A stretch of 64,000 bases of DNA from Lingula anatina (lineage: Eukaryota > Animalia > Brachiopoda), in NCBI GenBank assembly GCA_051362555.1, contig CM120640.1, positions 65,512,788 to 65,576,787 of the forward strand, read 5' to 3'. Positions 12,201 through 25,252 of the stretch are shown here, one piece after another. Below the pieces are notes generated by a model, which was not told the origin of the DNA, ran no database searches, and worked only from the letters and a program-made list of their open reading frames with translations. Both the position numbers and the translations under genes were made by a program. Each line of letters opens with the position of its first letter. Positions within the stretch are counted from its first letter, which is position 1.

Positions 12201-15200
12201 AGAAAAGTGTTAATTTATATAAATGTTTTGTTGGTTATCATTTAAAAAATAGAAAAATGGGAGAAATGAGCATCCTTCCCATTGGTGATGTGTAGTGAAA
12301 CATGACATAATAATTAGAATGTATCAGAAGTGATCAGGCATGGTCCTCTTGACTGAGAGATCCTCAAGAAAACTGTAAGCTAGCTATACTATAGGTGCTA
12401 ATACTTATCACCTGTAATAGTCTTATTTATGCCCTTGATCAAGAATATAACAATTATAACATTTGTTTTCACTTTTTAATACTTTTTTAAGTCAAAGTTT
12501 TATTATTTGTGGTTACTTGTACATGTTTCTTTCAAAAACTTTTTTTATCAGAAGGCATACAAGTTAAAGTGTTTTTCATTTGCAGCAATTCAGTTATTAA
12601 AGAAGAGGATGCCAAGCAGGCTTTACTGGACCACTGCAGGCAGCACAAATGTTATGGGAAATCTGCAGCACAAGAAATGAAGATCACCAATTTTGCTCTT
12701 TCCAGTGCTTTGCATGTAGGTGCACTGGGATTTATTGCTCAAAAATCTGTATGAATACAGTTTCTATATGCTGGATGTTTAAAGTATTTTTTGCATACCA
12801 ACATATGAAGATTATTTCTTTGAAGCACAATATACCCCAGTATATCAAATTCAATACCAGTAGTAAACATCCATTTAGTTATAAAATCATTAGAAAGTAT
12901 TGAAGATTTTATTTCCAATTTTTTAGTACAAGTTGGAAACTTTCACAGAGAAAAGAACTGTTAAATGGGAGCTGGAGCCCTACAGAGGTCTGTACAGTGA
13001 TTGATATCAGAATTTTTGTTTTTGGGTTTTGGAAACGCTTTTTATGGGGTATGTGAGTCAATTTGCACACCCTTGGATAAACAAACTGGAATAACTTGTA
13101 CTGTTTGTCAACATAATATAATCTTCATATTTGAAAAAAACTTCTGCTATATGATTTCATTACCTGATGTGCAAGTTTGATAAGTAATTTCCACTGGAAA
13201 TCAATAGCATTAATTTAATTTTCCATATATTTAATGATAACTGAACATGAATTATTGTTGCTAGTGTATGTTTGTCTCCTTTCTTTTGTGTCCATGTGCT
13301 TTATATGTACCATTCTATTTAGCAAAAAGTGTATAGAAATAACTTAAACATACAACTTTATTGATTGGTCGTAAAATATATATGACACATTGCGATAAAT
13401 TGTCCTGCATATTAGATTAAAGTCAAATAATGTCACCATAGAAGCTTACAATTTTCAAACATCATTTCATTAATGAATAATGATTATTCCCAGAACATTT
13501 GTGCACATTGGTAGATAGTGTCATATAATTGACTGAAAAGTTATGAGATGTTGTTTTATCCCGTCAGGTGAGATTGTTGACACAGAAGAAGATGGCTACC
13601 CGCCGTCTCCCTGGGAGGTTCAGATACACCCCAGTGCCATGTTCCAGAGAGAGACCAAGACTGCTGTGGTGCCATTTACTACTTCTATTAAGGTACAGAG
13701 TGAGGTTGGAAACATTTTGCAGAGATGATGCTTGTGTTTTTCCCAGAATTCCCTTTTTTCAACAGCGGTGAAAAAGTTTTGTGGAATATTTTTTTTCTCT
13801 TTTTGGGTCTAGAGCTCTCATTTTCATTTTTTTAGCATTGTGTTGAAATGGTGCTTAAAAGTGAGTACACCCCATTTCTATATCTGGATTAGGACAGCAT
13901 TATGGTGTGCACTGTCTAAATGACAACCACCATGTAAAAAAATTCCTTTGTGACTGTAAAAACTACCAGTGAGTTTCTGTACTAGGGTTAACGTTACAGA
14001 GCTTAAAGGAATAAGCAGAAAGAGCCACAGTGAATTACAGTTAATGATCAGTTACCAAAATCTGATATTTTTGAAAGTAATATAAATTGTATGTTCTAGG
14101 ACTGTTTCCTGTGTCATGGGCGTGGCTGGACCCCCTGTAGACTGTGTCATGGACATGGCCATAACAAATGTTTCTACTGTCATGGCACAGGTCACACTAC
14201 CAAGACAGACTTCAATGGCCACCAACTGAGGGAACACTGCAATCAGTGTGGAGGGTCAGGAAAAGACAGGTTAGTTACAAGAGTAGATATTTCTAATTAA
14301 AAGGTATTGGTAGTGGAGGGAAATCAATAGAGTTGAATTTTATGTTGAACTTTTTTATTTTTAGCTGTTCCAAGTGTCATGAAGATGGCTGCTTTAAGTG
14401 CCATCGTTGTGATGGGTACAAGAAGATGAAGCAGTTTATTCAAATTAAGGCAGAATTGTAAGTGCAACCTTAACAATCTTCATTTACGTTAGATGCAACT
14501 CATGACATCGATGAAATTATTTTGATAATTTTTGGGTTTTGAATTACAAATTGATAAGGTAAAGCATTCTGAACAAATATTTGCCTTATGTTTGAAAATA
14601 ATCCTTTTGATGTCACATGTGACTGATGAGATCAATATTTTGTGCTAACTGTATTTCAGTGCCAATCATAAAAGTGACTATATCCTAGAGCGTACCAAGA
14701 TGCCAGAGAAGCTAGGGGTGGAGGTGCAGGGCTTCATCATATTTGAGCAGACGTCACCAAGGGTATATGGATTGTTTAATTTTAAATTACTTTGGATTTA
14801 ATACAACCAATAAGTGTATATGTAAGCTTTAAATCTGATGTGAATGGAGGTGGTCCTCACTAATATAGCCTGTTATATTCACCATTCTGGCATAATGTCA
14901 TAGTAAAATTTTGTCTTTGTTTGATTGATGTTGCAATTTTTTGTAAAGTATTACTTGTTAAGTGAGGAAAGGAGGCCTATTGGCATTATAATATTTGTTC
15001 TGAAATTGGTTCACTGCAAAATTTTCACACTGTCACTGAATCATTTTGCTTAAATGTAGTGCCCACAACTGGTCTTGCAAGCTCACCAAACACAACTGTC
15101 ACATTTCATACCACATAATTCCCTGGCATCACAATCAGAAATACAGTCAGCAGTCACACCCAACAAAATCTGCTGTCAACATATGCAGCTTTATGATTAA

Positions 15201-16181
15201 ATTCATTCAGTTTTCACTAATAATTAAATCAGCAGCCACACTAGAGAATATTTACCTTAAACACAATCAGTGGTCACACCTAACACAATAAGCAACCCCT
15301 CTATAATGCTGTCTTCATCCTTCTTCTCCAGGTGTGGCCTATATCCCAGTTCCCAGAACGTGAACTGTGCAGGAATTCCCAAAGGTTGTGTGATGAACAT
15401 AATGCAAAGTTCCAGGATGCCACCATATTGATGCAGGTGATTTTTCTCATGTTACTGCAGTTATTAAGAAACACACTTTTATACTCTAATCATCTTAGAA
15501 ATCTTGTGTGATATCTTATAAACTGAAAGTTACATGAAAAATTGCAGTTGATTCATTCACAATGTGCCTATACTCTGTACGTTAATTATTAAGTTTTTCT
15601 GTTATTGCCAATTCACTTGCAATTGGCTGACATTATGAACATAACACACCAGCTTCTTCATCTTCTAATTTTCATAATTGCTCACTTGTTGAGTCTGAAT
15701 TTCAGTGGTTTGATTTAAGTTGACTGCAGAAATTTCAAATGTTAAGCCACATCACATGCTTTTCTATAGAACCATGAAATCTGCATGACTAGATGCACAT
15801 TTGGACGAAATCTGCATGCTGAATGCACACTTGGCTGGCTCAGTTAAGATAGATTTAAATGAAAATTGCCACTGAGTCAGTGTTTTATAAGTGCTTAAAT
15901 GAAGATTTGAAATTAAGAAGGTGACATGTACTAATACCTGACCTGAATCGAGGGGTATTTCACTCCAACCTTTTTTACAAGGAAAGGTGTTAAGTTGACA
16001 TCCAGTATGCTCCAGCACACTAATTTATTTTCAGAGGCACCAGTTACAATCTGTTCCAGTGTCACAGTGGAAGTACGAGTGGAATGGTGGCGAGTATAGT
16101 TTCTGGGTGTATGGTAACGATAGGAAGGTCTACGCTCCAGATTATCCCCAGAAATGTTGTTGGTGCTGTCAAATTCTTTAG
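9245..16181 (+). CDS. SSUH2: Protein SSUH2 homolog (DnaJ-type CxxCxGxG zinc-finger repeats, C-terminal CaaX)
   Basis: Phase-consistent exons 9245-9263, 10862-10903, 11796-11942, 12064-12142, 12586-12715, 12927-12987, 13568-13692, 14100-14269, 14365-14457, 14660-14762, 15332-15436, 16035-16181. Motifs EEDAKQALLDHC..CYG, YKLETFTEKR, PPSPWEV, CFLCHGRG/CRLCHGHG/CFYCHGTG/CNQCGGSG and FWVYGNDRKVYAPDYPQKCCWCCQIL*. The first two coding exons are less certain. Confidence 0.9.
10031..10126 (+). repeat. Two diverged tandem copies of a ~51-bp unit in a SSUH2 intron
   Basis: AGTAGGAGCTTGGCTGTAAAAGCATCATTACACTCTCTTGAAA versus AGTAAGAGCTTGGCTTTAAAAGCACCATTACATGCTCTCATGAAA. Confidence 0.7.
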
Positions 16182-17477
16182 AAACTTAAAAAGCTGTCAG
16201 TTGGAAAGAGTCAAAACTGCCCAGTGTACAGGTGCATTAAGCTGATTTAATCAGTTGTGGTCAATATATGATGTTTGTTAGAGAATGTGTCTAATTTAGA
16301 GTGCCAAGCTGTTTGCTTGAAGTCTGTTTAAGGACTTGCACTAGTACTGTGAGGCTCTAATTGGATAACAAATTTCTGTCATGTAAAATCAACTAATCTG
16401 TAAGTTATTATGGTCAGTACATGTTGTGTGACTTGGAATGTTTTATGCCTAGAGCTAATAGTTTACTGCTGTTATATATGATTATGGATAACAAGGTGGA
16501 TTTTGACGATAGATGAAGAATGGATGTGGAACCAAAATCAAAAAGTTATCAAAGTTTGTCTGTAGTCGTTATGTCCTGTCTGACATTTGTGATATCTCTT
16601 GTAGTTGAGCATCAGATTATATGCAATACCTAGATAGTCTTTATACATATATTAATTTTAGGTAAATTAAGCCTAGGGTAATGGAGGGGGGCAGTGATCT
16701 TTTTCAAATTGTTCTTACATAAATGTATTATAGGTCTTATTAAGGGAAGTCATCTGTTTAATGCTTTATCACTTTTAATGTAGTCTTTCACCAGATTGCA
16801 ACCTTGATTTGTCATTGATTTGTGCCATAAATTTCAGTTTAAATATTTTTGTTATCTAGAAGCATTGGTTTGGGAAGAAAGGTGTAATTGTGTACTTTGA
16901 TATTTATTTGTTTAGCATAGTTTTATTTTTGAAAAAAAAAAGTATTATTTTATCTGTTTCAGAATCAAAAGGATATTATTAAGAGTACCTGAAATTTCTC
17001 ATTCAACAGTTGTGCAATAAGTGTAACACGCAAGTATGCACTGTCTCCTTTTACAGATTTATATATTTGACTTTTTATGTTATTTTTATCACTTTGCATT
17101 AAGTGCCTTATAGATCTTTCAACTGTGCAATAAGCATAATACCGGTACATCAGCATGTATTTACTTTCTTACAAAATGTGTCAACATGAGAACAAATATG
17201 TCTTTTGACTTCATATTTTTATTTCATCTTGATGTGGAAATTGCTTGTCTGTTCAGAAATAAATATTTATTCCTCTGCAATTAGTGTGGTATCAACATTG
17301 TATCTTTAAAGTGCAAATGCCAACTTAAATTTTCAAATCCCTATATATTGCTTAAAGAAAAAAAAAACCATGACAAAAGAACTGCTAGAAGATAAAAATT
17401 GTCCACAGTTGTATATAGATTTACAGCAACTGTCTTTAAATGCCATGCAATGTAATCTAAACCAGACAATGTGTTAC

Positions 17478-20400
17478 CTAAGCTGCCAGTCTCCCATTGG
17501 TATTTTGAAATGTTTGACCATTCTGCCAGTTGTCTCTGTTATCTTCTTCTCCATGAGTTCCTGTAGTGCTATCTGTCCTGTGCCAGTGGTGGCAGACACA
17601 TATACAGCCTGGGGTGGGAGTGGAGACAGTAGGGAGCTGGAGATATGAAATATAGTGCACAATAACTGAGGCACTAGTTAAAACAAATAACTGAGGCACT
17701 GAAATTGCATGAGAGGAAAAAACACATTTTTCTCTTTATCATTTTTTTGTGCTTACCTGGACAAACCATAATAAGAATATTATAATAAAGCTTTATAATG
17801 TTTAACAGACTGGCTGTACAGTACTCAAAGTTTGATCCAATTATATTTATATAGTTATAGGCTCTAGCACAATCCCTCTGTGTATATAGATTAAATACAA
17901 ATGGAAAAGTTTCATGCTGTCATAACTATTGTTACTATTATCTATTGATACTATTAGCTTGTGACCATGAATGTGTTTTCCTATGGTTGTGGAGGAATCC
18001 ATACCTGGGCACTTTATCACACTTATTATGCACCTCAATCATATTGTCTATCAGTCTCTGTGGCAAATGTAATGAAGTAAGAGTTTCCATGACTACAGAT
18101 CTCTGGCTTTCCAAGTTGGGACTGCTAGCATCCAACACATGGACAAGAAGATCCTGCAGATTTAAAGAGCTAAAATTTGACTCACTAACTCTTACTTTCT
18201 ATTGTTGCCCAGCACTCTACAATAGCTCGTCTTTTCAAATAATTTGATAATGAAGTATTGCCTTACAATAACTTCATTACAATGGGTCCAAAAAGACAGC
18301 TGAAAATTCTTTTAAGAATTATTATTATTATTATTATTATTAATAAGAATTTAAAAATTCTTATAAATAATAATAATAATAATAATAACAGAAATGGACT
18401 TAAAAAAGAAACACATTTTAGAAAAAACCTATTAATTTAATTATAAGGCTGTAAAATGGGATTGGTTAGTTGGTAATTTGAAAAATAAATCATTTTTTGC
18501 AATCAACAAAAATATTTCAATCACATTATTTTAACCACTATACTGGAGGGAATGAGCAAATCCATTATGCCTCAGGTGTGTTCTGTTTAAATGACCAAAC
18601 TATATACTCATGATTCAGCAAAATGATGCTGCTGCTGATGGAACTCAGATAAAGTTTAAATTTTTAAAAAATTAATTTTGAGTCATAAAAAAATTAAGCC
18701 TGGTCCATGTACTTACTGCCTCCTTGGCATCCTCTAGAGTGGCTTTGAATGACTCAATAAGTCCACTGGGAATGTTGGCAATAAATCCCACAGTGTCCAC
18801 AAACACTACACACATGCGCTGCATTATCCAGCCAACATGAGCAGTGACATCTAGTGTTGCAAATAGCTGGTCCTCAGGCTGCAGTCGCTCACTATGAGTA
18901 AGGCTTTTTATAATGCTTGTCTTCCCTAGAAATAATTGTAGGCATAAGCTATAATTATAATTGCCATTTTTACACTAGCCAGCAACATAGCTTGCACATG
19001 GATGTCCTATTAATAATAAATATGAAACAAAATAGTTAAAATTGGAGGTTTCAATATGGAAATTAAGGAAGCCTCTCATTTTTACTTGAATTTCTATTAA
19101 GATATCAATGGAAGACCATATTGAATGTCTGCACCTGCATTAGTATAACCAACAACAGCAACCACTGGAATTTTGTTTTTCTTCCTCTTGCTCCTTATGA
19201 CAGCTCTACGTGAGGACAGCTTTGCAAGTTCTCTCTTGATTTTCAGTTCTTTTTCCTTAAATAAATAATGAAAGTGATTGACTTAACAACAAATGCAGTT
19301 ACTTGTACTTTACAATACACTTCCCGCTTTAGGCCTGCATATAGAGCAGGAGGTTCAGAGGGTAGATTCAAAGAATCACCCTTTTGGTCCGAAAATGGTC
19401 CAGTCTGAATCAAAATTTGATCTAGGTTCTATGCCATTAATAAAAGCGGAAAGATAAAAATATTAAATAAATAGTAAAAGACTACCCTTTATCTTTACTA
19501 GCTACAGGTCTAACATATTTCATCATTTCTTTAATTTTTATAGCCATAGCCAATGGACAGTCAAAATAGAAAAGATTACCTACATGCAGGAAACGTCTGC
19601 TGAGTTCTATCTGTTTCTCCCCACTGCCTCCAATGTAAGAGGTTCCACCTTTCTGCTGGTCATAATATCCCGGGGACAGAGCCCACACCTGGGTCCTAGA
19701 ACAACATCACAGGAACCAATGTGCATGTACTCAGCGATACATTGACTGCATCTCCTGGGGTACAGTGCCCAGGGGTCTTTTCTGACAGTATTCCAAATTA
19801 CCTTGGTTGATCTATCCTTCATTTTTGGCCGTCTTCCGACACAAAAATTGGATACCCGTCAATGTAAACTTGAAAATCTGACCGTCTTCCGGAAGACCCA
19901 GAAGATGGCCTCAATCCGCCCCTGGTGCCTGTACACTACTTGTAATTTTAAGAAGTGTGTGAATGAGTACAGGGCTCGACAATAACTTTTATGGTCACCT
20001 ATTGGAACCAATGTACAGGTACCCAGTAAATTGCCTGCATCTCCTAGGGTACAGTGCCTATACACTACCAATACGTATGTACAAAAGGTATGTAAACAAG
20101 TTAGTAAAGCATCAGGACCTGAGTTACCAGTATCTCTATATGTGCACAGAATTATGTATATTTATTGGAATGTAACTATTACCTGAGGTATGGTATCTCA
20201 GCTAAAGCCACCTGCAGTTTGGCAGCATTACTCACTGCATTCATCTTGAAGATTTGAAGCACTATGGTGTACCTACCATGATATTATAAAAAGGTCAATT
20301 AAAAAATGTCTGTGTTTCTGGTCCGCAGACCAACCCAATTTCACCGATTCTTCATCAAAATTATTAGCTGATATCAATATTGTATTTTACTGGTAAGTCT

Positions 20401-22530
20401 GGTTTTAAATTCTGTCCTTGCACATTTCCTAAATATACATTCAAAGACAAACACATCTCTACTGGTATACCAGTACCTTGAAGAAACTTTTTAAAGTTTT
20501 AATTTTTATTAAAATATCCCTTTAGCAAGACATTAATTGTAACCTACTGGCCCACACTAGAGGTGCCCTATATAGGTTACCTGTCATACACAGGTAACTG
20601 CCAGATGTCCTGTAAGGTGGCTATCTGTGTCCCCGTCAACCTGCTTAAACTAACAAACACTGCAGAGGCATCTTGACATGACTGGAGGTGCTTTGTCACC
20701 TTTTCCATCACCCCAATGCTGAACAGCTGACTTTTGTCCCCTCTCTGCACAGGATACATGGCCTACATGATGCCAAACTAAACACTTTACTAATCTGACA
20801 ATTTTTTTACATATATATAACTGTTTTTTAAGTACTTACATGTACTTACTCTAAAAATTGGCAACCTTGCCCATACTCAATAAATTAAAAACACTGGTGA
20901 GTTTTTTTTTTTCCCTTGTACCTGTGTCTGATACGTCAAGTAAATCTTCAGTCAATTTCTGCCCAAATTATGTATTTTCTTCCATTACCTTCTCCACAAC
21001 AGTCCACTTATCCAGAGTTTCCACCAGTTCACAGGACTCTGTCAGCTCATTCACTGGGGCTTTCTCCCTTCCACTAAACACTGAAAATAGATTTTGCAGT
21101 CCAATTAACATTGAAATGATTTGACCTGTGATGCAACATCATACATAAAAACATTCTCTGAAACCAAACACAACTTTAATGGACTGAATAGAAAGATTAG
21201 ACAACAGCCAAAATTATATTTTACACTATGAAAAAATATGCATATCATGGCATATTTCTATGTAGTAAGAGATGATTATATATAAGTATTTAAATTAGAC
21301 ATCTGATGAAAATTAAAATTTTACAGATATCCCTCTGAAGCCTATTCACCATCACTTGGAAAACCATAAAATGATATACCTTTACAGGCATGTATATACA
21401 TGTACATTGTACAACTCATGCTAAAAGAAAAAGAAAATGGAAATGCGTCACCATACTAGTACATGTGTTACCTGGCTGTATCACAAACACTTGCTGCCCT
21501 CCCTCTGGCAGGATGTAGTCCTGCAACTGAACACTTGGTAGACTCTTCTCAACTTCATCATCAACTATATCTGGGATATATAAAGGAAAGGGAATCTAAC
21601 AGCTTGTTTTTCCCATTTCAATCTTGCAGGCACAAACAGGGTGGGAGAAGAGCTAGTCTTTAACCATCTCCCCACCCCCCACCCCTACACTGCCCCTCCC
21701 ACACACCCAACCTTCCCAAATTTAAAAACAAGACACTGGATTTACAGGTATTTCAGGGATTTTTAAAGAGTTTACATACATCTGCATATGTACAGTGGTT
21801 TGCTTTAATTTTTTTTTTTTTTTAATATAATTCATAAATTAAACGCAAATATATATCAAGCCAATTGGGGCAAAAGCAAATCTTAGAAGTTATGTTGTGC
21901 TGGCTGCAATTTAGTGCTTTGAAATACAATTAACATCCCCATTTGCTTTCAGATATCTAAAACAAATCTAAATTGTTACATTCTAAGAAAAACATACAGC
22001 AGTGTTTTTCACTACTAGGTTACATTTAATGTTTAATTTGAGAAACAATTTAAAGTTTTACCTTTAATATCTGTGTCATCAACATCATCAAATATCTCAT
22101 GGTTATCTCTCTCTTTGCTTGTCTTCAGCCTTTTCTTAAAGCACTTCTGAGACGTTGCAAAAGCCCTTGAGATGCAGTTTATTTTATAGTGCCTATAGCT
22201 TGGATCAAGACACTCAAAGCAATGTGAAGCTGAAGATAGTTTAGAGTAACTATGTGTTGAGGATCCTTTAGGATTTTGTGAAATATGTTTACTTTTAAGC
22301 ACATTCCTTTTCTCCGTCTTCCAAGACACTAAGTTGTCTATGCCCAGGGAGCTTATGGAACTACAGGCTAACGTCAATAGTGAATGTCTTAAACTTAGCA
22401 GATTCACTGTAGCAGAGAAGGGAACATTGTTACTTGAGAGAATACTGCTGTACATTCTGACAGCCTGCCATTTTTTCCTGACAGGACAAAAAGTGAGAGT
22501 TATTTTTCTATATGTCCATAATACATGCAT
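17478..22530 (-). CDS. GTPBP6: Putative GTP-binding protein 6 (HflX-family mitochondrial GTPase); terminal exon not located
   Basis: Exons 22530-22062, 21570-21472, 21080-20989, 20762-20581, 20272-20183, 19695-19584, 19255-19135, 18925-18717, 18153-18005, 17636-17478 are all phase-consistent. HflX motifs: DRYTIVLQIF, AKLQVALAE, GGSGEKQIE, G1 VGYTNAGKT, G2 LFATLD, G3 DTVGF, G4 NKCD, G5 VSA. Confidence 0.92.
19770..19924. mobile_element. 155-bp insertion with CAGGGG..CCCCTG termini and 5-bp direct repeat GTGCC
   Basis: GTGCC at 19765-19769 and 19925-19929. A nearby duplicate of the flank (~20003-20068, GGGTACAGTGCCTATACACTAC) lacks the insertion. Confidence 0.6.
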
Positions 22531-23072
22531 TTGTATTCCTACAAATAGACCATGTACTAGAGGTGTGCTTCAGAAAGGTAACTGCAGCAGGGCAGCCAAC
22601 ATCACATAGTTTGCCAAGTTTTTTAAATGTATGAAGCATCTTCACTTTACCATTCCACTTCAGTACTCCTGTAAAAAAAACATGAAATGAGGTTTATATA
22701 TCATAAAACGGGAGGGAGATAGGGACAGAGGAAGGAAAGAGATCAATCAAAAGAGAAATTTTTACTAGTGTTGTACCGTTAAACTCCCATATTAGTAAGA
22801 CAAAAGCTATGGCCTGGGGACGCAACTAACTGACAATAGCCTATAACCAACAAAATACCTCATGAAACATTTTCGATCTTAAGGTTCTCCATTACCATGG
22901 CTAACAACATGTTGTCATCCTCTTTTGCATGTAGTATGCCCATCAAACTTAACTGATTAATTCAAAGACCTTTGATTTTTGTTTTTTTTTTTTTTTTTAG
23001 TGATTTTTTGCTCTTCAGATATCGTTAGCCGTATAGATTATTTTTGCAATTCACTTTATGTTTACCCCTGAA

Positions 23073-25134
23073 ACTAGAGGATCAGAGAGGCGATACCGCC
23101 TCCGAATATTGTACCACCAGCTGGAGCAAGCGCATTCATATAGACCCCCACATATACAAAATAAGGAACACAGCCACCAGTCTTGTGCTTGACAAGCTGT
23201 AAAAATGCAATCAACAAGAATTTTCAAAATATGCAAAAAATATATATATTACTAAAAATGGTACAATCAAAGTTAAGTTCATGGCAAGGTAGGTCAAAGG
23301 TCAATTCCAAGGTCACAGTAAATTGCCAGTATATGACTTCCTATTCAACTTCAATAGTAACTATGGGCCTATCTCTGCCAGGTTTGGAGTTAAAAGAGAA
23401 AGAAATTAGCAGAGTTCAGTTCATGATAATAAGTAGGTCAAAGGTCAATTTCAAGGTCACACTTAGATTGCCAGTATATGACTTCCTATTCACGTTCAAT
23501 AGTAACTATGGACCTATCTCTGCCAGTTTTGGAGATAAAGGGGAAGCAAACTATGCAAAGTTCAGTTCATGGTGAAAAGTAGGTCAAAGGTCAATTTTAA
23601 GGTCACATTTAGATTGCCAGTATATGACTTCCTATTCAACTTCAATAGAGACTATGGACTTATCTCTGCCAGTTTTGGAGATAAAAGGGAATCAAAATTT
23701 GCAAAGTTCAGTTCATGGTGAAAAGTAGGTCAAAGGTCAATTTTAAGGTCACATGTAGATTGCCAGTATATGACTTCCTATTCAACTTCAATAGTAACTA
23801 TGGACCTATCTCTGCCAGTTTTGGAGATAAAAGGGAAGCAAAATTTGCAAAGTTCAGTTCATGGTGAAAAGTAGGTCAAAGGTCAATTTTAAGGTCACAT
23901 TTAGATTGCCAGTATATGACTTCCTATTCAAGTTCAATAGAAACTATGGACCTATCTCTGCCAGTTTTGGAGATAAAAAGGAAGCAAAATTTGCAAAGTT
24001 CAGTTCATGGTGAAAAGTAGGTCAAAGGTCAATTTTAAGGTCACATTTAGATTGCCAGTGTATGACTTCCTATTCAAGTTCAATAGTAACTATGGACCTA
24101 TCTCTGCCAGTTTTGGAGATATAAGGGACTAAATGTTATAATTTTGGAGTTACCATAATGTGCCATAAATTTCCTACAAAAAAAATTAATTAAAATAAAG
24201 AAAAGGTCATTTTGGTCAAAATTCTTGAAATGGGAGGTGCTCTGAAGTTCCAGATGTTCAAATTTGATGAAATAATGTCATTTTTGACCACAAGTTGTCT
24301 GCTTTGCCAAGCCTTATGTTTTATTTTTCCGGAGTTCAAAATTTATTATCCATTACCGTACTGCACATTTTGCTTTCACCACCAATATGTACTTTTTGAT
24401 ACAGCGTAACTCGAAAACCGTATGGAATACAAAAAAACGGAGACCACCTCCAGTGTTGGGCTTTACATGCTCTACAAAATGCAAAAAAGAATGGGTGTCT
24501 AGCATTAACGGTTCCCGAATTAGAGACAGTTTTCAGTTTCGATATCTTATGGCCGCTACTCCCGTGAAAATGCACCGATTGACCCCAAATTCACGGAGAT
24601 GAAAGATGACCTGAAGGGTAACACTTTCCATTAATATTATTAGTTAAGTCTGTGTGGTGTCTGAATAAGACTGCAAATAATTTTTTTTCGGCAAAAATTT
24701 TGTTTTTTTGAAAATTTTGGCCCGTTTGACCTTAAAATAAAGGTCAAAGGTCAAATCCAAGGGCATATTTGAAATCTACACATATGACTTTTGGAAAGCT
24801 GTCTGTAGAAATTTTTCCCATAATTCCTTCTGTAGGGGAGATAATTAGCATTTAATTTTGCCATTTTTGGACAAGGGTGCATTGCAATGAGTGCCACACC
24901 TAGACCCCAATACCGACAAAGCCCAAATTTTACGTGGAACGAGTTGAGATTATAGGTGACCTAAATCCAAGAGATGGGTATGGAGGCCCTTACCGTCTAG
25001 GAGGAGAAGCGGTAACGGTGACTTGGTGGCGGAGCCGCAGGAGCCGGCGGAGCCGCAGGAGCCGGCGGAGCCGGCGGAACATACAGGTCGGGACTAAAAC
25101 CATGTGTACCGCCAGCGCCTACGCTGGTGGTACA
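23073..25134. mobile_element. Helitron/Helentron-like non-autonomous element, copy B (same orientation as A, no nested MITE)
   Basis: Same termini and hairpins as copy A. 146-bp units start at 23291, 23435, 23581, 23727, 23873 and 24019. (CCGGCGGAG/CCGCAGGAG)n at ~25027-25078. Lies between the divergent GTPBP6 and SHTN1 start codons. Confidence 0.88.
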
Positions 25135-25136
25135 AT

Positions 25137-25252
25137 TAGCACGAAAATTCATGCGTTAGCACTCCTATTTACGATTCTGATATGTACTGGCTGTGCAGCC
25201 AGCACATACATGTATCAGAATCGTCAACGCTAACGCATGAATTTTCGTGCTA
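25137..25252. mobile_element. Palindromic MITE with TAG..CTA termini (Academ-like), internally deleted copy
   Basis: TIR TAGCACGAAAATTCATGCGTTAGC / GCTAACGCATGAATTTTCGTGCTA; same family as 46916-47053. Confidence 0.8.

Noticed and set aside
16965-17156. ORF with faint resemblance to the GTPBP6 C-terminus (DSAYLRVTL..EKF)
   Set aside because: No splice acceptor in the required phase; the nearest good AG gives an immediate stop.
23183-23575. 130-aa ORF
   Set aside because: Chance read-through of the 146-bp tandem units; not preserved in copies A or C.
24934-25233. Protamine-like ORF RSRRSRRSRR
   Set aside because: It is a translation of the 9-bp GC microsatellite at the element end and crosses into an unrelated MITE.
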